Assembly (NCBI GenBank): GCA_965240325.2
Contig: OZ251228.1
Coordinates: 2,914,001-2,978,000 of the forward strand
Reading direction: 5' to 3'
Source: Rebecca billardiae RCC1528
Taxonomy: Eukaryota; Protista; Haptophyta
DNA: 64,000 nt
The notes under the pieces were generated by a model. The model was not told where the DNA came from and ran no database searches. It was given only the letters and a program-made list of their open reading frames with translations. How positions within the stretch are numbered: position 1 is the stretch's first letter; every line of letters starts with the position of its first letter. Made by a program: the position numbers and the translations under genes. Below are positions 12,001-24,604 of this stretch, one piece after another.

Positions 12001-15000
12001 TGAGCCGAGCAGCAGCAGCAGCCTGCTGGGCCACCGCAGGCCTGCGGCCGCAGGGCTGCGGCCGCAGGGCTGCGGCTCGGGCGCGGAGCCGCAGCCCTGC
12101 GGGCGCGCGGGCGTGAGGAGTGGCGGCGGCGCGGCATGCAGCGCGGCTCGGAGCGAGCATGGACGGCGAGGACGCGTCATTCAGCACCGCCGCCACAAGC
12201 ACGCCCGCTCGTCTCGCGCCGCGCGACTGAGCCGAGCAGCAGCAGCAGCCTGCTGGGCCACCGCAGGCCTGCGGCCGCAGGGCTGCGGCCGCAGGGCTGC
12301 GGCTCGGGCGCGGAGCCGCAGCCCTGCGGGCGCGCGGGCGTGAGGAGTGGCGGCGGCGCGGCATGCAGCGCGGCTCGGAGCGAGCATGGACGGCGAGGAC
12401 GCGTCATTCAGCACCGCCGCCACAAGCACGCCCGCTCGTCTCGCGCCGCGCGACTGAGCCGAGCAGCAGCAGCAGCCTGCTGGGCCACCGCAGGCCTGCG
12501 GCCGCAGGGCTGCGGCCGCAGGGCTGCGGCTCGGGCGCGGAGCCGCAGCCCTGCGGGCGCGCGGCCGTGAGGAGTGGCGGCGGCGCGGCATGCAGCGCGG
12601 CGCCGAGCGAGCCTGGCCGTCGAGGACGCGTCAATCAGCACCGCCACCACCCGCTTTCCCGCTCGTCTCGCGCCGCGCGACTGAGCCGAGCAGCAGCAGC
12701 AGCCTGCTGGGCCACCGCAGGCCTGCGGCCGCAGGGCTGCGGCTCGGGCGCGGAGCCGCAGCCCTGCGGGCGCGCGGGCGTGAGGAGTGGCGGCGGCGCG
12801 GCATACAGCGCGGCGCCGAGCGAGCATGGGCGGCGAGGGTGCGCCGCTCAGCACCGCCACCACCCGCTTTCCCGCTCGTCTCGCGCCGCGCGACTGAGCC
12901 GAGCAGCAGCAGCAGCCTGCTGGGCCACCGCAGGCCTGCGGCCGCAGGCCTGCGGCCGCAGGGCTGCGGCTCGGGCGCGGAGCCGCAGCCCTGCGGGTGC
13001 GCGGGCGTGAGGAGTGGCGGCGGCGCGGCATGCAGCGCGGCTCGGAGCGAGCATGGGCGGCGAGGACGCGTCATTCAGCACCGCCGCCACAAGCACGCCC
13101 GCTCGTCTCGCGCCGCGCGACTGAGCCGAGCAGCAGCAGCAGCCTGCTGGGCCACCGCAGGCCTGCGGCCGCAGGGCTGCGGCTCGGGCGCGGAGCCGCA
13201 GCCCTGCGGGCGCGCGGGCGTGAGGAGTGGCGGCGGCGCGGCATACAGCGCGGCGCCGAGCGAGCATGGGCGGCGAGGACGCGTCATTCAGCACCGCCGC
13301 CACAAGCACGCCCGCTCGTCTCGCGCCGCGCGACTGAGCCGAGCAGCAGCAGCAGCCTGCTGGTCCACCGCAGGCCTGCGGCCGCAGGGCTGCGGCTCGG
13401 GCGCGGAGCCGCAGCCCTGCGGGCGCGCGGGCGTGAGGAGTGGCGGCGGCGCGGCATGCAGCGCGGCTCGGAGCGAGCATGGGCGGCGAGGACGCGTCAT
13501 TCAGCACCGCCGCCACAAGCACGCCCGCTCGTCTCGCGCCGCGCGACTGAGCCGAGCAGCAGCAGCAGCCTGCTGGGCCACCGCAGGCCTGCGGCCGCAG
13601 GGCTGCGGCTCGGGCGCGGAGCCGCAGCCCTGCGGGCGCGCGGGCGTGAGGAGTGGCGGCGGCGCGGCATACAGCGCGGCGCCGAGCGAGCATGGGCGGC
13701 GAGGACGCGTCATTCAGCACCGCCGCCACAAGCACGCCCGCTCGTCTCGCGCCGCGCGACTGAGCCGAGCAGCAGCAGCAGCCTGCTGGGCCACCGCAGG
13801 CCTGCGGCCGCAGGGCTGCGGCTCGGGCGCGGAGCCGCAGCCCTGCGGGCGCGCGGGCGTGAGGAGTGGCGGCGGCGCGGCATACAGCGCGGCGCCGAGC
13901 GAGCATGGGCGGCGAGGGTGCTACGCTCAGCACCGCCACCACCCGCTTTCCCGCTCGCCTTGCGCCGCGCGACTGAGCCGAGCAGCAGCAGCAGCCTGCT
14001 GGGCCACCGCAGGCCTGCGGCCGCAGGGCTGCGGCTCGGGCGCGGAGCCGCAGCCCTGCGGGCGCGCGGGCGTGAGGAGTGGCGGCGGCGCGGCATACGG
14101 CGCGGCGCCGAGCGAGCATGGGCGGCGAGGGTGCGCCGCTCAGCACCGCCACCACCCGCTTTCCCGCTCGTCTCGCGCCGCGCGACTGAGCCGAGCAGCA
14201 GCAGCAGCCTGCTGGGCCACCGCAGGCCTGCGGCCGCAGGGCTGCGGCCGCAGGGCTGCGGCTCGGGCGCGGAGCCGCAGCCCTGCGGGCGCGCGGGCGT
14301 GAGGAGTGGCGGCGGCGCGGCATGCAGCGCGGCTCGGAGCGAGCATGGGCGGCGAGGACGCGTCATTCAGCACCGCCGCCACCAGCACGCCCGCTCGTCT
14401 CGCGCCGCGCGACTGAGCCGAGCAGCAGCAGCAGCCTGCTGGGCCACCGCAGGCCTGCGGCCGCAGGGCTGCGGCTCGGGCGCGGAGCCGCAGCCCTGCG
14501 GGCGCGCGGGCGTGAGGAGTGGCGGCGGCGCGGCATACAGCGCGGCGCCGAGCGAGCATGGGCGGCGAGGACGCGTCATTCAGCACCGCCGCCACAAGCA
14601 CGCCCGCTCGCCTCGAGCCGCGCGACTGAGCCGAGCAGCAGCAGCAGCCTGCTGGGCCACCGCAGGCCTGCGGCCGCAGGGCTGCGGCCGCAGGGCTGCG
14701 GCTCGGGCGCGGAGCCGCTGCCCTGCGGGCGCGCGGGCGTGAGGAGTGGCGGCGGCGCGGCATGCAGCGCGGCTCGGAGCGAGCATGGACGGCGAGGACG
14801 CGTCATTCAGCACCGCCGCCACAAGCACGCCCGCTCGTCTCGCGCCGCGCGACTGAGCCGAGCAGCAGCAGCAGCCTGCTGGGCCACCGCAGGCCTGCGG
14901 CCGCAGGGCTGCGGCCGCAGGGCTGCGGCTCGGGCGCGGAGCCGCAGCCCTGCGGGCGCGCGGCCGTGAGGAGTGGCGGCGGCGCGGCATGCAGCGCGGC

Positions 15001-18000
15001 TCGGAGCGAGCCTGGCCGTCGAGGACGCGTCAATCAGCACCGCCACCACCCGCTTTCCCGCTCGTCTCGCGCCGCGCGACTGAGCCGAGCAGCAGCAGCA
15101 GCCTGCTGGGCCACCGCAGGCCTGCGGCCGCAGGGCTGCGGCTCGGGCGCGGAGCCGCAGCCCTGCGGGCGCGCGGGCGTGAGGAGTGGCGGCGGCGCGG
15201 CATACAGCGCGGCGCCGAGCGAGCATGGGCGGCGAGGGTGCGCCGCTCAGCACCGCCACCACCCGCTTTCCCGCTCGTCTCGCGCCGCGCGACTGAGCCG
15301 AGCAGCAGCAGCAGCCTGCTGGGCCACCGCAGGCCTGCGGCCGCAGGGCTGCGGCTCGGGCGCGGAGCCGCTGCCCTGCGGGCGCGCGGGCGTGAGGAGT
15401 GGCGGCGGCGCGGCATGCAGCGCGGCTCGGAGCGAGCATGGACGGCGAGGACGCGTCATTCAGCACCGCCGCCACAAGCACGCCCGCTCGTCTCGCGCCG
15501 CGCGACTGAGCCGAGCAGCAGCAGCAGCCTGCTGGGCCACCGCAGGCCTGCGGCCGCAGGGCTGCGGCCGCAGGGCTGCGGCTCGGGCGCGGAGCCGCAG
15601 CCCTGCGGGCGCGCGGCCGTGAGGAGTGGCGGCGGCGCGGCATGCAGCGCGGCTCGGAGCGAGCCTGGCCGTCGAGGACGCGTCAATCAGCACCGCCACC
15701 ACCCGCTTTCCCGCTCGTCTCGCGCCGCGCGACTGAGCCGAGCAGCAGCAGCAGCCTGCTGGGCCACCGCAGGCCTGCGGCCGCAGGGCTGCGGCTCGGG
15801 CGCGGAGCCGCAGCCCTGCGGGCGCGCGGGCGTGAGGAGTGGCGGCGGCGCGGCATACAGCGCGGCGCCGAGCGAGCATGGGCGGCGAGGGTGCGCCGCT
15901 CAGCACCGCCACCACCCGCTTTCCCGCTCGTCTCGCGCCGCGCGACTGAGCCGAGCAGCAGCAGCAGCCTGCTGGGCCACCGCAGGCCTGCGGCCGCAGG
16001 GCTGCGGCTCGGGCGCGGAGCCGCAGCCCTGCGGGCGCGCGGGCGTGAGGAGTGGCGGCGGCGCGGCATACAGCGCGGCGCCGAGCGAGCATGGGCGGCG
16101 AGGGTGCGCCGCTCAGCACCGCCACCACCCGCTTTCCCGCTCGTCTCGCGCCGCGCGACTGAGCCGAGCAGCAGCAGCAGCCTGCTGGGCCACCGCAGGC
16201 CTGCGGCCGCAGGGCTGCGGCTCGGGCGCGGAGCCGCAGCCCTGCGGGCGCGCGGGCGTGAGGAGTGGCGGCGGCGCGGCATACAGCGCGGCGCCGAGCG
16301 AGCATGGGCGGCGAGGGTGCGCCGCTCAGCACCGCCACCACCCGCTTTCCCGCTCGTCTCGCGCCGCGCGACTGAGCCGAGCAGCAGCAGCAGCCTGCTG
16401 GGCCACCGCAGGCCTGCGGCCGCAGGGCTGCGGCCGCAGGGCTGCGGCTCGGGCGCGGAGCCGCAGCCCTGCGGGCGCGCGGGCGTGAGGAGTGGCGGCG
16501 GCGCGGCATGCAGCGCGGCTCGGAGCGAGCATGGGCGGCGAGGACGCGTCATTCAGCACCGCCGCCACAAGCACGCCCGCTCGTCTCGCGCCGCGCGACT
16601 GAGCCGAGCAGCAGCAGCAGCCTGCTGGGCCACCGCAGGCCTGCGGCCGCAGGGCTGCGGCTCGGGCGCGGAGCCGCAGCCCTGCGGGCGCGCGGGCGTG
16701 AGGAGTGGCGGCGGCGCGGCATACAGCGCGGCGCCGAGCGAGCATGGGCGGCGAGGGTGCGCCGCTCAGCACCGCCACCACCCGCTTTTCCGCTCGCCTC
16801 GCGCCGCGCGACTGAGCCGAGCAGCAGCAGCAGCCTGCTGGGCCACCGCAGGCCTGCGGCCGCAGGGCTGCGGCCGCAGGGCTGCGGCTCGGGCGCGGAG
16901 CCGCAGCCCTGCGGGCGCGCGGCCGTGAGGAGTGGCGGCGGCGCGGCATGCAGCGCGGCGCCGAGCGAGCATGGCCGTCGAGGACGCGTCATTCAGCACC
17001 GCCGCCACAAGCACGCCCGCTCGTCTCGCGCCGCGCGACTGAGCCGAGCAGCAGCAGCAGCCTGCTGGGCCACCGCAGGCCTGCGGCCGCAGGGCTGCGG
17101 CTCGGGCGCGGAGCCGCAGCCCTGCGGGCGCGCGGGCGTGAGGAGTGGCGGCGGCGCGGCATACAGCGCGGCGCCGAGCGAGCATGGGCGGCGAGGGTGC
17201 GCCGCTCAGCACCGCCACCACCCGCTTTCCCGCTCGTCTCGCGCCGCGCGACTGAGCCGAGCAGCAGCAGCAGCCTGCTGGGCCACCGCAGGCCTGCGGC
17301 CGCAGGGCTGCGGCTCGGGCGCGGAGCCGCAGCCCTGCGGGCGCGCGGGCGTGAGGAGTGGCGGCGGCGCGGCATACGGCGCGGCGCCGAGCGAGCATGG
17401 GCGGCGAGGGTGCGCCGCTCAGCACCGCCACCACCCGCTTTCCCGCTCGTCTCGCGCCGCGCGACTGAGCCGAGCAGCAGCAGCAGCCTGCTGGGCCACC
17501 GCAGGCCTGCGGCCGCAGGCCTGCGGCCGCAGGGCTGCGGCTCGGGCGCGGAGCCGCAGCCCTGCGGGCGCGCGGGCGTGAGGAGTGGCGGCGGCGCGGC
17601 ATACAGCGCGGCGCCGAGCGAGCATGGGCGGCGAGGGTGCGCCGCTCAGCACCGCCACCACCCGCTTTCCCGCTCGTCTCGCGCCGCGCGACTGAGCCGA
17701 GCAGCAGCAGCAGCCTGCTGGGCCACCGCAGGCCTGCGGCCGCAGGGCTGCGGCTCGGGCGCGGAGCCGCAGCCCTGCGGGCGCGCGGGCGTGAGGAGTG
17801 GCGGCGGCGCGGCGTACAGCGCGGCGCCGAGCGAGCATGGGCGGCGAGGGTGCGCCGCTCAGCACCGCCACCACCCGCTTTCCCGCTCGCCTTGCGCCGC
17901 GCGACTGAGCCGAGCAGCAGCAGCAGCCTGCTGGGCCACCGCAGGCCTGCGGCCGCAGGGCTGCGGCCGCAGGGCTGCGGCTCGGGCGCGGCGGGCGTGA

Positions 18001-21000
18001 GGAGTGGCGGCGGCGCGGCATACAGCGCGGCGCCGAGCGAGCATGGGCGTCGAGGGTGCGCCGCTCAGCACCGCCACCACCCGCTTTCCCGCTCGCCTTG
18101 CGCCGCGCGACTGAGCCGAGCAGCAGCAGCAGCCTGCTGGGCCACCGCAGGCCTGCGGCCGCAGGGCTGCGGCCGCAGGGCTGCGGCTCGGGCGCGGAGC
18201 CGCAGCCCTGCGGGCGCGCGGGCGTGAGGAGTGGCGGCGGCGCGGCATACAGCGCGGCGCCGAGCGAGCATGGGCGGCGAGGGTGCGCCGCTCAGCACCG
18301 CCACCACCCGCTTTTCCGCTCGCCTCGCGCCGCGCGACTGAGCCGAGCAGCAGCAGCCTGCTGGGCCACCGCAGGCCTGCGGCCGCAGGGCTGCGGCTCG
18401 GGCGCGGAGCCGCAGCCCTGCGGGCGCGCGGGCGTGAGGAGTGGCGGCGGCGCGGCATGCAGCGCGGCTCGGAGCGAGCATGGACGGCGAGGACACGTCA
18501 TTCAGCACCGCCGCCACAAGCACGCCCGCTCGTCTCGCGCCGCGCGACTGAGCCGAGCAGCAGCAGCAGCCTGCTGGGCCACCGCAGGCCTGCGGCCGCA
18601 GGGCTGCGGCCGCAGGGCTGCGGCTCGGGCGCGGAGCCGCAGCCCTGCGGGCGCGCGGGCGTGAGGAGTGGCGGCGGCGCGGCATGCAGCGCGGCGCCGA
18701 GCGAGCCTGGCCGTCGAGGACGCGTCAATCAGCACCGCCACCACCCGCTTTCCCGCTCGTCTCGCGCCGCGCGACTGAGCCGAGCAACAGCAGCAGCCTG
18801 CTGGGCCACCGCAGGCCTGCGGCCGCAGGGCTGCGGCCGCAGGGCTGCGGCTCGGGCGCGGAGCCGCAGCCCTGCGGGCGCGCGGGCGTGAGGAGTGGCG
18901 GCGGCGCGGCATGCAGCGCGGCTCGGAGCGAGCATGGACGGCGAGGACGCGTCATTCAGCACCGCCGCCACAAGCACGCCCGCTCGTCTCGCGCCGCGCG
19001 ACTGAGCCGAGCAGCAGCAGCAGCCTGCTGGGCCACCGCAGGCCTGCGGCCGCAGGGCTGCGGCCGCAGGGCTGCGGCTCGGGCGCGGAGCCGCAGCCCT
19101 GCGGGCGCGCGGGCGTGAGGAGTGGCGGCGGCGCGGCATGCAGCGCGGCTCGGAGCGAGCATGGACGGCGAGGACGCGTCATTCAGCACCGCCGCCACAA
19201 GCACGCCCGCTCGTCTCGCGCCGCGCGACTGAGCCGAGCAGCAGCAGCAGCCTGCTGGGCCACCGCAGGCCTGCGGCCGCAGGGCTGCGGCCGCAGGGCT
19301 GCGGCTCGGGCGCGGAGCCGCAGCCCTGCGGGCGCGCGGGCGTGAGGAGTGGCGGCGGCGCGGCATGCAGCGCGGCGCCGAGCGAGCATGGGCGGCGAGG
19401 ACGCGTCATTCAGCACCGCCGCCACAAGCACGCCCGCTCGTCTCGCGCCGCGCGACTGAGCCGAGCAGCAGCAGCAGCCTGCTGGGCCACCGCAGGCCTG
19501 CGGCCGCAGGGCTGCGGCTCGGGCGCGGAGCCGCAGCCCTGCGGGCGCGCGGGCGTGAGGAGTGGCGGCGGCGCGGCATACGGCGCGGCGCCGAGCGAGC
19601 ATGGGCGGCGAGGGTGCGCCGCTCAGCACCGCCACCACCCGCTTTCCCGCTCGTCTCGCGCCGCGCGACTGAGCCGAGCAGCAGCAGCAGCCTGCTGGGC
19701 CACCGCAGGCCTGCGGCCGCAGGGCTGCGGCTCGGGCGCGGAGCCGCAGCCCTGCGGGCGCGCGGGCGTGAGGAGTGGCGGCGGCGCGGCATGCAGCGCG
19801 GCTCGGAGCGAGCATGGGCGGCGAGGACGCGTCATTCAGCACCGCCGCCACAAGCACGCCCGCTCGTCTCGCGCCGCGCGACTGAGCCGAGCAGCAGCAG
19901 CAGCCTGCTGGGCCACCGCAGGCCTGCGGCCGCAGGGCTGCGGCTCGGGCGCGGAGCCGCAGCCCTGCGGGCGCGCGGGCGTGAGGAGTGGCGGCGGCGC
20001 GGCATACGGCGCGGCGCCGAGCGAGCATGGGCGGCGAGGGTGCGCCGCTCAGCATCGCCACCACCCGCTTTCCCGCTCGTCTCGCGCCGCGCGACTGAGC
20101 CGAGCAGCAGCAGCAGCCTGCTGGGCCACCGCAGGCCTGCGGCCGCAGGGCTGCGGCCGCAGGGCTGCGGCTCGGGCGCGGAGCCGCAGCCCTGCGGGCG
20201 CGCGGGCGTGAGGAGTGGCGGCGGCGCGGCATGCAGCGCGGCTCGGAGCGAGCATGGGCGGCGAGGACGCGTCATTCAGCACCGCCGCCACAAGCACGCC
20301 CGCTCGTCTCGCGCCGCGCGACTGAGCCGAGCAGCAGCAGCAGCCTGCTGGGCCACCGCAGGCCTGCGGCCGCAGGGCTGCGGCTCGGGCGCGGAGCCGC
20401 AGCCCTGCGGGCGCGCGGGCGTGAGGAGTGGCGGCGGCGCGGCATACAGCGCGGCTCGGAGCGAGCATGGGCGGCGAGGACGCGTCATTCAGCACCGCCG
20501 CCACAAGCACGCCCGCTCGTCTCGCGCCGCGCGACTGAGCCGAGCAGCAGCAGCAGCCTGCTGGGCCACCGCAGGCCTGCGGCCGCAGGGCTGCGGCCGC
20601 AGGGCTGCGGCTCGGGCGCGGAGCCGCAGCCCTGCGGGCGCGCGGCCGTGAGGAGTGGCGGCGGCGCGGCATGCAGCGCGGCGCCGAGCGAGCATGGCCG
20701 TCGAGGACGCGTCAATCAGCACCGCCACCACCCGCTTTCCCGCTCGCCTTGCGCCGCGCGACTGAGCCGAGCAGCAGCAGCAGCCTGCTGGGCCACCGCA
20801 GGCCTGCGGCCGCAGGCCTGCGGCCGCAGGGCTGCGGCTCGGGCGCGGAGCCGCAGCCCTGCGGGCGCGCGGGCGTGAGGAGTGGCGGCGGCGCGGCATA
20901 CGGCGCGGCGCCGAGCGAGCATGGGCGGCGAGGGTGCGCCGCTCAGCACCGCCACCACCCGCTTTCCCGCTCGTCTCGCGCCGCGCGACTGAGCCGAGCA

Positions 21001-24000
21001 GCAGCAGCAGCCTGCTGGGCCACCGCAGGCCTGCGGCCGCAGGGCTGCGGCCGCAGGGCTGCGGCTCGGGCGCGGAGCCGCAGCCCTGCGGGCGCGCGGG
21101 CGTGAGGAGTGGCGGCGGCGCGGCATGCAGCGCGGCTCGGAGCGAGCATGGGCGGCGAGGACGCGTCATTCAGCACCGCCGCCACAAGCACGCCCGCTCG
21201 TCTCGCGCCGCGCGACTGAGCCGAGCAGCAGCAGCAGCCTGCTGGGCCACCGCAGGCCTGCGGCCGCAGGGCTGCGGCTCGGGCGCGGAGCCGCAGCCCT
21301 GCGGGCGCGCGGGCGTGAGGAGTGGCGGCGGCGCGGCATACAGCGCGGCTCGGAGCGAGCATGGGCGGCGAGGACGCGTCATTCAGCACCGCCGCCACAA
21401 GCACGCCCGCTCGTCTCGCGCCGCGCGACTGAGCCGAGCAGCAGCAGCAGCCTGCTGGGCCACCGCAGGCCTGCGGCCGCAGGGCTGCGGCCGCAGGGCT
21501 GCGGCTCGGGCGCGGAGCCGCAGCCCTGCGGGCGCGCGGCCGTGAGGAGTGGCGGCGGCGCGGCATGCAGCGCGGCGCCGAGCGAGCATGGCCGTCGAGG
21601 ACGCGTCAATCAGCACCGCCACCACCCGCTTTCCCGCTCGTCTCGCGCCGCGCGACTGAGCCGAGCAGCAGCAGCAGCCTGCTGGGCCACCGCAGGCCTG
21701 CGGCCGCAGGGCTGCGGCCGCAGGGCTGCGGCTCGGGCGCGGAGCCGCAGCCCTGCGGGCGCGCGGCCGTGAGGAGTGGCGGCGGCGCGGCATGCAGCGC
21801 GGCGCCGAGCGAGCATGGGCGGCGAGGGTGCGCCGATCAGCACCGCCACCACCCGCTTTCCCGCTCGTCTCGCGCCGCGCGACTGAGCCGAGCAGCAGCA
21901 GCAGCCTGCTGGGCCACCGCAGGCCTGCGGCCGCAGGGCTGCGGCTCGGGCGCGGAGCCGCAGCCCTGCGGGCGCGCGGGCGTGAGGAGTGGCGGCGGCG
22001 CGGCATACGGCGCGGCGCCGAGCGAGCATGGGCGGCGAGGGTGCGCCGCTCAGCACCGCCACCACCCGCTTTCCCGCTCGTCTCGCGCCGCGCGACTGAG
22101 CCGAGCAGCAGCAGCAGCCTGCTGGGCCACCGCAGGCCTGCGGCCGCAGGGCTGCGGCCGCAGGGCTGCGGCTCGGGCGCGGAGCCGCAGCCCTGCGGGC
22201 GCGCGGCCGTGAGGAGTGGCGGCGGCGCGGCATGCAGCGCGGCGCTGAGCGAGCATGGCCGTCGAGGACGCGTCAATCAGCACCGCCACCACCCGCTTTC
22301 CCGCTCGTCTCGCGCCGCGCGACTGAGCCGAGCAGCAGCAGCAGCCTGCTGGGCCACCGCAGGCCTGCGGCCGCAGGGCTGCGGCTCGGGCGCGGAGCCG
22401 CAGCCCTGCGGGCGCGCGGGCGTGAGGAGTGGCGGCGGCGCGGCATACAGCGCGGCGCCGAGCGAGCATGGGCGGCGAGGGTGCGCCGCTCAGCACCGCC
22501 ACCACCCGCTTTCCCGCTCGTCTCGCGCCGCGCGACTGAGCCGAGCAGCAGCAGCAGCCTGCTGGGCCACCGCAGGCCTGCGGCCGCAGGCCTGCGGCCG
22601 CAGGGCTGCGGCTCGGGCGCGGAGCCGCAGCCCTGCGGGTGCGCGGGCGTGAGGAGTGGCGGCGGCGCGGCATGCAGCGCGGCTCGGAGCGAGCATGGGC
22701 GGCGAGGACGCGTCATTCAGCACCGCCGCCACAAGCACGCCCGCTCGTCTCGCGCCGCGCGACTGAGCCGAGCAGCAGCAGCAGCCTGCTGGGCCACCGC
22801 AGGCCTGCGGCCGCAGGGCTGCGGCTCGGGCGCGGAGCCGCAGCCCTGCGGGCGCGCGGGCGTGAGGAGTGGCGGCGGCGCGGCATACGGCGCGGCGCCG
22901 AGCGAGCATGGGCGGCGAGGGTGCGCCGCTCAGCACCGCCACCACCCGCTTTTCCGCTCGTCTCGCGCCGCGCGACTGAGCCGAGCAGCAGCAGCAGCCT
23001 GCTGGGCCACCGCAGGCCTGCGGCCGCAGGCCTGCGGCCGCAGGGCTGCGGCTCGGGCGCGGAGCCGCAGCCCTGCGGGCGCGCGGGCGTGAGGAGTGGC
23101 GGCGGCGCGGCATACAGCGCGGCGCCGAGCGAGCATGGGCGGCGAGGGTGCGCCGCTCAGCACCGCCACCACCCGCTTTCCCGCTCGTCTCGCGCCGCGC
23201 GACTGAGCCGAGCAGCAGCAGCAGCCTGCTGGGCCACCGCAGGCCTGCGGCCGCAGGGCTGCGGCTCGGGCGCGGAGCCGCAGCCCTGCGGGCGCGCGGG
23301 CGTGAGGAGTGGCGGCGGCGCGGCGTACAGCGCGGCGCCGAGCGAGCATGGGCGGCGAGGGTGCGCCGCTCAGCACCGCCACCACCCGCTTTCCCGCTCG
23401 TCTCGCGCCGCGCGACTGAGCCGAGCAGCAGCAGCAGCCTGCTGGGCCACCGCAGGCCTGCGGCCGCAGGCCTGCGGCCGCAGGGCTGCGGCTCGGGCGC
23501 GGAGCCGCAGCCCTGCGGGCGCGCGGGCGTGAGGAGTGGCGGCGGCGCGGCATACAGCGCGGCGCCGAGCGAGCATGGGCGGCGATGCTGCGCCGCTCAG
23601 CACCGCCACCACCCGCTTTCCCGCTCGTCTCGCGCCGCGCGACTGAGCCGAGCAGCAGCAGCAGCCTGCTGGGCCACCGCAGGCCTGCGGCCGCAGGGCT
23701 GCGGCTCGGGCGCGGAGCCGCAGCCCTGCGGGCGCGCGGGCGTGAGGAGTGGCGGCGGCGCGGCGTACAGCGCGGCGCTGACCGAGCATGGGCGGCGAGG
23801 GTGCGCCGCTCAGCACCGCCACCACCCGCTTTCCCGCTCGCCTTGCGCCGCGCGACTGAGCCGAGCAGCAGCAGCAGCCTGCTGGGCCACCGCAGGCCTG
23901 CGGCCGCAGGGCTGCGGCTCGGGCGCGGAGCCGCAGCCCTGCGGGCGCGCGGCCGTGAGGAGTGGCGACGGTGCGGCATGCAGCGCGGCTCGGAGCGAGC

Positions 24001-24520
24001 ATGGGTGGCGAGGACGCGCCGCTCAGCACCGCTGCCACCCGCTTTCCCGCTCGTCTCGCGCCGCGCGACTGAGCCGAGCAGCAGCAGCAGCCTGCTGGGC
24101 CACCGCAGGCCTGCGGCCGCAGGGCTGCGGCCGCAGGGCTGCGGCTCGGGCGCGGAGCCGCAGCCCTGCGGGCGCGCGGCCGTGAGGAGTGGCGGCGGCG
24201 CGGCATGCAGCGCGGCGCTGAGCGAGCATGGCCGTCGAGGACGCGTCAATCAGCACCGCCACCACCCGCTTTCCCGCTCGTCTCGCGCCGCGCGACTGAG
24301 CCGAGCAGCAGCAGCAGCCTGCTGGGCCACCGCAGGCCTGCGGACGCAGGGCTGCGGCTTGGCTGCGGAGCCGCAGCCCTGCGGGCGCGCGGCCGTGAGG
24401 AGTGGCGGCGGCGCGGCATGCAGCGCGGCTCGTAGCGAGCATGTGCAGCAAGCAGGATGCTCTGAAATGAGCTCTTCCCGGACCCGTCCACCCGCTAGCC
24501 TCGCGCCACGACGAAACTGA
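1..24520. repeat. Satellite array A: head-to-tail 213-bp and 227-bp monomers (differing by one 14-bp module CCGCAGGGCTGCGG), about 110 copies, truncated by the window start; last copy (24440-24520) degenerate
   Basis: The motif GACTGAGCCGAG(CAG)4CCTGCTGGGCCACCGCAGGCCTGCGG recurs at 213- or 227-bp spacing throughout. The ORF track repeats the same peptides at the same offsets. Confidence 0.98.
5351..13482. repeat. Higher-order tandem duplication in Sat-A, period 3988 bp (18 monomers = 7x213 + 11x227)
   Basis: Rare variants recur exactly 3988 bp apart: CTGGTCCACC ~5384/9372/13360, CAGTGCGG ~5923/9911, CACCGTTACC ~6622/10610, ATTCTGCA ~6843/10831. ORF pairs 5707/9695 and 8602/12590 have the same offset. 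Confidence 0.93.
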
Positions 24521-24604
24521 TGGTAGTTATAAGCTGCTAGCGTAGCAGCCTATTTTGTTGCCGCGCGTTCTGAGCGCCGAATATAAGCAGCAGCAGGTGC
24601 GCGA

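Noticed and set aside
1-24520. CRISPR-like look (constant palindromic repeat alternating with a variable segment)
   Set aside because: The variable segments are a few allelic versions of one sequence, not unique spacers. The units are too long, no cas genes are present and the context is eukaryotic.
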